A stretch of DNA of 64,000 nucleotides from Phoronis australis (Eukaryota; Animalia; Phoronida), in assembly GCA_002633005.1 (NCBI GenBank), contig NMRA01000033.1, positions 463,346-527,345 on the forward strand, read 5' to 3'. Shown in pieces: positions 57,246 to 64,000 of the stretch. Numbering within the stretch: position 1 is the stretch's first letter; every line of letters starts with the position of its first letter. The position numbers and the translations under genes are program-made. The notes below the pieces were generated by a model. The model did no database searches. It was given only the letters and a program-made list of their open reading frames with translations, and was not told where the DNA came from.

Positions 57246-57531
57246 CCCTCATGTGATGCTTCATCACAACAACAATGATGAGCCATGAGAACTCTTCACA
57301 GTTTATATTATATAGTTCCAATAGTTGTAATCTCTGACATCTCTATTTGAAAAACTAAAGCGGTTAAAATAACTTTTTGCGTCTATGAGTAGACTTTTGA
57401 ATTTTCAGTAACAAGAGACCCAACAAGGAATGTCAAGATCACATGGAGAATAGTTCTCAGTCTCCGTACCACATCAAGGTACACACTGAAGTATGGGGCT
57501 CGGCGTGCATCTTCAAGCAGAGTGCTGCCAC

Positions 57532-60500
57532 CTATTGTCGCCGGGTTCTTTTTGACGGGGTTTCAATATCAGCTGGCTTTCTTTTTCTTCTACTTGAATC
57601 ACTATGAAAACAATTCAAGAACAAATTGTGTAAACCGGGAATTTATGGTGAAATTTGCTTACTCGAAACGAGATTATTCTTTGAAATCAAATCAGGTTGT
57701 GGACAACAGCTTTGACTTCCGGTGTTTGGTTTTTGAAAAAAGTTAAGGAGATCAATTTAACAGAGGAGATGAAATAATATTTTAAACATAAGGCATCAAG
57801 CTGGTCACATTTAATTTGATTACCTGTGGCAATAAAAGACATTTAAGAGACATCAAGCTGGCCAAGTCCAGATTGAATAGCTATGACAAAGTAAGACAAC
57901 GATATCAGAACACATCAAGTTGGTTACACTCAATTTGATCATCTGTGGAAACGAAAGGCAACTGGGACAAGGAAAGCCAAATGAGTAGANGTATGTTTCG
58001 AAATATCGTGTGTCTTTTAATTATGTCGCTAGGTCAGTTACTGTATCTATGTTCAGTAGAGAGTAGAGTTTTGTTCAGAAAGTATGAACGCAACGGAATA
58101 AAGACCGTGAACAATGAAAAGTGTCGTGTATTCAACAAATTCTGTATAACAGAAAACTTGCTCCCGAAGTACAGTCAGTTCAAACAACACAGTACATGAA
58201 ACTCTGCACAATGAAATAGTATCCCTCACTTGTTGCCTGAGGTCATCATTTCTTTGACCTCGTTGATGTAGTGATCAGACACACTTGGCACGGGATCGTC
58301 GGACAAGAATGCTGCAAGGTATTCTGGTTTGACACACGGGATCCCCGCTTCCAGAAGGCGATTGAGGTTGACCTGCGGAAAATGACCACACATTGACAAT
58401 TTATGGACATGTTCAAAACTGATGTCACCAAGTCAAAAAAATTACATCATATTAAAGTGTCGAGACTCCAATTAGAAACTAATTTTAAAAGCTCTCAGTG
58501 CAACCCACGATGATAAAACAGTAGGCCAGAAATTGTGATGCAGTCATATACGTGAGGTACGACTAACCCTTCTGGTCACATCACTGGTACTCTTGTGCTT
58601 GGTACGCCAAACACTTATCAGTCTCTTTGTGTTTGGAAAACTTGGTTACATTGCACAGTAAAAGACAAAGGAAAGCTTGCTTGACAGGCAAAGTAAGACT
58701 TGAAAATGTGAGAACACGCAGTTATGTTGGCAGTCTTTTGTTCAATCTAATTAAAGTTCTGAAGACATGAAACTAGATTTCAAACTGAAATAATAGTAAA
58801 ATAGTTAAGCATACAAAGAATATGAAACTCAATAAACACATGAATACACATTTTTCCTACACGATAATAAGCCAACATTAGTTACGACATGCCACAAAAA
58901 AACTCAGTTTTAAGAAGGGTTGTACCGTGAATCTTTTTATTTCCTCACCTCATATTTGATCTTGGTCAGCTCAAGAAATGCGTGAGTCACCTGAGAAAGG
59001 TTATTGAAGGGAGGCCGTGTGGAAACTACCCTAGCGCCCCCTGCCTCCAGTAATCTCTTGAAGTTGTCATTCTTTGACGTGCACAGTATCACACACCACT
59101 CACGGAAAGCCCCTCGACCCGACAAGCCTCCGCTACCACTGCGTCGAGTCTCCTGCTCGATTCTGACACGCCACCTATGGGCTGACTGCGCAAGCTTACT
59201 GGCCTGATTCGACAGACTCATAAGCAGAGACTCTGTGCCTGGTCCACCCCATTCAAATTGCTCCTCCTACAGCACAGAAAACACAGTGCCTGATGCAACT
59301 ATATCATTCAGCTTTAGCTTAAGCAGACTTCATCATTATAGTGCACTCACACTGGTAGATGTGCACATCGGCAGGAGGATTGTGGGTAAAGAGCCTCACT
59401 AAGAGAAGGGTTGTGAACCAATTTATCAAGCAGTATGTATAAAACAGAAAACCTATTAGAGCACGGTATACTGCACGTGTGCAAGAAGGATCATGATGTA
59501 GAAATGTGTCTAACGTCGGTAATGATTACATGACTGCGCCTCTAAATTCCAGTTATGATCTCTAATCCCCAGTTCCGGGGCAACAAACATTAAGCCCATG
59601 ATACAAATTCTATACCTGCGCTAAACCCTAAACTCAACACATGCCAAAGATACTACATACTTGGGGACAGATTCCCCATCAGAACACATGGTCTGGGTCT
59701 GTAATTTGGTCACCAGGCATGAAGTATTTTCAGTGCATGTGTGGAATTTGTTCCACAGGGTTTGTATTTATTGGTCCAGGTCTGGGGTTTAGGGGGTATC
59801 GAAGCTACAATTTAAAGGGGCAATAGTCTGATATAACGTGCCTGCATTTTAAGAACCAGTTTGATGCCCGTTATTTAGTGGGGAAAATTGGTTCTCAAAA
59901 TTCGGGCATGTTGTATCAGACCATTACCATTTAAAGGTATGGCCATGGAGTATGCTATCAGCTTTGGACAAAGGGAATGAAAAGTAATAACTAAGAAATA
60001 TTACATTATAAGCCATGAGGTGAAACTCACATCAACAAATCTCTTCTCTTGATCACATGCTTCAAAGTAGGATTTGTGCAGAACCCAAGAACCAGTAGCG
60101 ATGCAGGCCAAAAACTTTTCATTCCTTGTCGGCGAACCTAAGATGAAACAAAGAAGTTTCTTTTTTTAAATTCCGACACAATTCAACTATTGATCATTCT
60201 TAAGGTAGGTGGATACACAAAAAATACTTTTGACTGTTTCTTACATTTTTATATCATCCTAATCTTCAATTCTTCATTCACATTATACTGAAGAAAAATA
60301 AAACCATTCTGAAAATCCAAAGTTTTTTTATTAATTATATTTGACCAAGCTTCAGTAAGTCATATGGCTTAAGTGCTCACCAGCTCAGTGACTGACAAGT
60401 GGGGCAGAGCTTATACCAGGACACTAATTCTAATCTAAACCTGTCAACAAACATTGCGTAACCAGGCAATCGAGAATGCTGTACTCGCCAGCTGATATTG

Positions 60501-63500
60501 ATGTTGTAGCAAGCAGGGCTTGGAATGACCAATGACAAAAAACGCGGAAACTTTTACGGCCCAAATCATGCCCGCTAACCAGCCTTGAAATGGTCAATGT
60601 GAACCTTTCCTCGCCAAAAATCGGGAGGACTAAAAAAAAAAAAAAACGTTACCACCATCAGTAGCATGCGTCTGCGTCCTTTTAGCTCGCCCGTCCACTC
60701 CCAACCCCACACATTTTTGGCTGCAGAGCGGTAGTATTTGTCGCCGCGCTTAACAATAACACGAGACGCCATTGAAAATCCCACCACGCTGTCCCAGGTG
60801 CCCCGGCAATGTTGACAATTTACGTTCCTCCGAAACATAAAGAGCAACTTCCGCTTTTCGAGGTGAACGTCGTCTGCAACGCCGCGGTAAGAAAGGAATT
60901 TGCCTCGGAAATTTTATATCAAATCCGATTTTTTTACGCGGAAATATTATAAAAAAAGCGGACAGCACATTTGAAAAAAGCGGAAATCCGTGTTTCCGCG
61001 GAAAATTGCAAGCCCTGAGTACATCAACAAAAATTGGAACAGAATGACCATGCATTCTGAACAAATTTTGGCCTCAAGTAGCAATCGAAGCCCACTTAAC
61101 TTCAAAGCCGTTTTTCTCGGCTCGTGATTTCACGTTAGTGACAAGATTCTCAGGCCTATTTTCGCAACACGTGGGTCAATTTTTACGAAATTTGCAAATT
61201 TGAAATCCTCTAGGACTGAAGCAAAATCCTGTGCCAGGGTTTTTTGATACACGGACCAGATTTTTAGTTATTAGACGGAAAGTGACCAAATGACAGAAAG
61301 TGGCGTGTGTAAGTAGAATATTGCATAAGGAAACAGTTGATGATAATCCCTGTGCATTTTGATAAAAAATCGAGGTAAAATTGGATTTTTTGTAAAATAA
61401 AAATTACGATTTTTTAAAAAAAACGAACTACAATAAAAACATTTTCTTTCCATTTTTGTCACTTTCAGAGTCATTTCTAACTAGTAAAACCCCCTTTATA
61501 CTTATTTTAGATAGGAACCTGGAGATTTGACCAGTGTATACACCTACCTTAAGAAAGATTAAATTTCTTTTACCAAAAGACACTAGTTTTTTTGTAAGCA
61601 CGGTTGTGTTCTCTTGAGTGAGAAAAAGAAAAAAGAGCTTCCCCTAAGCCGACCCAACACTTACCTACAACCAAGTGTGTACAGTCTGCATCATAATACA
61701 ATGAGTCCAGCACCCGCCCACCCAGCTGTTCCACTATGGCCCCATAGTGGTCTCGCTCCTGAAATTGTATTAAGAGGTGACATCACGTCGGTATATTCAC
61801 GTATACGCCGCACTTAACAGGGTATTAAACAAGTGGTTGCATCAACAAACAGCATTGAATTTATACCACAATAATTTTTAAGCTTGAGAAGACCTGACAG
61901 TTGGTTATTGTTTCAGATCTGGCTCATCAAGTTTGCCCATCACAGAGGGTTAACTTCAACCACCAAATCATGTTGTAGCCGATTATTTCAACATTCACGG
62001 AATCAGTAGTTGCCCTTTGTTAAGACAAACGTGTTTAGAACACCACTGTAGTTTCTGGTTGATGGCTTCACAGACAGTTGTATTTGCTGTATAGATTTCG
62101 ATCATCAGGTGTCGTAATGAAGTAAATTGCCAACACACAGAACTGTTTACCTGATGATTGAAAACTGTACAGAGAACATGAGCAATTGTCTGTGAAGGTG
62201 TCCAACAGGAAATACAGTGGTGTTTTTAATCAAGTTTATACAAGGAATGGATATGAATACAATGACACTGCTTTGGAATAGCAAATACGGTCAAGAAAAA
62301 AGCTACTTTTGACACCCGAAACTGGTTTATGGAAGTATTAAATACGATTTGTACTGACAAAAGGTGTTTTTTTGTTTCCATGTGTTTTCCAGAACATAAT
62401 TTCCATTTTCCACGTGTTTTAAAGGGCGTAACTTTCAATTTCATTTTCCACAAGCCAGCTATTTTCTCACACAAAAGTAGCCATAAAGAGCTCTTTGACT
62501 GATTGTAGCCAGGCATAACAGACTGTATGAACAGGCCTCGCAAAATGGCGTGTTTTTATTTATCTTATAAAAATTTTGACACGTTTCGATTTACATGGAA
62601 ATNTATAACGTCAAGTTTTCCATGATGAGTGTGTACCACTGAAGGTTAAAAACAAAACAAAACCCAAGCTGATTCTGGTCTAGAACTCAAAAAACAACAA
62701 GCATGTTACTAGACGACATTGACGAACATTAAGTTCTTGGTCTCGAGGAAAAATTACCCAAAACTGGATGCAGTGTAGCACCTGACTCAAAAACACACCG
62801 TTCGTACTTTGGCACATTCTCTCCGCAAGGTGGAAAGTTACACAACACTATCACATATTCCCTGTGAGACAACACCCACACACCTCACAAGTCTGTCTCA
62901 GAACACCATGCAATCTCATCTAAGGCACATATTCACCAATGAAAAGCTTATTGTGTCAAGACAATGAGGACGGAAAATGTTCCAAGACAGTTTACCTGAG
63001 GGCTCATTCCAGAAAACAGGAACACAGGTGAGGGCCTCTCCACCACAAACGGTTCACTCTCAGTCTCTACCATGATAACAGGCTGGGGAGACTGAACACG
63101 TACACCAGGCTGAATGACAGGGAAGGCTACAACAAGTTGAATGAGTAATACTAATACTAATACTAATACCACTGTGACAATCATTTGAACATGTAATATT
63201 ATATCCACACCAAGTGAAATTTGTAATTAAATCCATCACAGTTCTAATGTGAAACATCAAACCCACGACAATTTGGAAGACATGTAATATTAAATTTAAG
63301 CCAAAACAATTAGAATGTGCAATATTAAAGTTACAACAGTCCTTAAGTGCCATAATTTACATCATGATAACAATTCAAGATGTCAAATTAACATAAAACA
63401 CACTTACGGCTTGCTGTACAATTTTCATTTAAGTGATGCAATTAAAAAACAAAATAACAATATAATGTCAAATCAAGATTTGCTGTCTTGTTGCTAAGAA

Positions 63501-63641
63501 TCACGCATCATTCTTAGTTAGATACACAAGACAAAGTTATTATAAGTATCAGTGCTTACCTAAAGATGGCGCCTCAGGTGTAGGGGTCCTGTGATCTGGC
63601 GGGCTTTTCACAGCAGGTGTTACAGATGTTACATCTTGAAA
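57532..63641 (-). CDS. TOPBP1: DNA topoisomerase 2-binding protein 1, 3' part (BRCT7-BRCT8 and C-terminal NLS); gene continues beyond window
   Basis: Minus-strand exons: 63641-63560 PTPEAPSL; 63126-62996 AFPV..FLFSGMSPQ; 61758-61665 ERDHYGAIVEQLGGRV..CTHLVV; 60137-60031 GSPTRNEKFLACIATGSWVLHKSYFEAC; 59266-58949 EEQFEWG..AHRWR..GAFREWCVIL..FKRLLEAGGARV..VTHAF; 58372-58230 CVKPEYLAAFL; 57601-57532 RRKRKPADIETPSKRTRRQ*. Matches the TOPBP1 C-terminus with consistent phases. Confidence 0.95.
59811..59935. mobile_element. Short TTAA-flanked hairpin MITE in a TOPBP1 intron
   Basis: tttaaa..aatagtctgatataacgtgcctg..ttttaagaacca / tggttctcaaaattcgggcatgttgtatcagaccatt..tttaaa. Confidence 0.65.
60204..61548. 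mobile_element. Non-autonomous Kolobok-like DNA transposon (TTAA TSD) carrying a nested hAT-like MITE (60514-61017)
   Basis: ttaa|GGTAGGTGGATACAC ... GTGTATACACCTACC|ttaa (14/15 TIR match). Inner element CAGGGCTTGGAAT ... ATTGCAAGCCCTG (12/13). Confidence 0.78.
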
Positions 63642-64000
63642 CTATAACAGATATATGTGCCATTGACATTAGACATCACGGATGGAACATTATCATCTGT
63701 TACCCGTTACCTGTTTAAAAGCATGAAAATTTTGAGACATCCAGTTGAGAAAACAGATCAAGTTTGAGTCTAATACTGGAATAAAAACTTAAAAATTTAG
63801 CGACGTTGCGTCCGCATCTCACGGACTTCAGCTTGGCTAGTGACATTATCGTTATTCTGGCCAATTGGTGGCGTTTTGACCAGACACGCTCTATTACCTG
63901 TTTGCTGATGTACCGTTACGATTGATCGTTAGCCACCAAGATTGCACACAATCCCACGATTAGAAGGCAGATTCATTACTAAAAGTTAATTGAAATAATC

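Overview
This is eukaryotic genomic scaffold DNA: AT-rich, intron-rich, and most consistent with a marine invertebrate draft assembly (species not determinable from sequence alone). It has four N gaps. Four spliced genes can be rebuilt by hand with consistent splice phases: SEC61B (+, 14516-21498), SLC35F5 (-, 36302-24244, 12 coding exons, ~463 aa), a long SKICH + coiled-coil + UBZ-type zinc-finger gene of the TAX1BP1/CALCOCO family (+, 44445-53641, 10 coding exons, ~1098 aa), and the 3' part of TOPBP1 (-, 63641-57532, BRCT7/8). Two near-identical tandem blocks flank N gaps (2673-6226/7479-11098 and 16035-17931/18092-19956) and are probably uncollapsed haplotypes. The rest is mostly transposon-derived: Penelope-like remnants with minimal hammerhead ribozymes, CR1/L2 and L1/Tx1 LINE fragments, a Helentron-associated element, and Kolobok/Harbinger/hAT/EnSpm-like MITEs. 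Most short ORFs in the supplied track are spurious. Three signals stand out. (i) SLC35F5 introns carry tandem repeats built from the gene's own splice junctions, most clearly a 42-bp array of intact 5' splice sites with a CGA/TGA toggle. (ii) Intronic Penelope hammerheads are intact only on the antisense strand of the host gene. (iii) The TAX1BP1-like protein is atypical, with a PLDLS motif and a divergent zinc finger. All coordinates were read by eye; no database searches were run.
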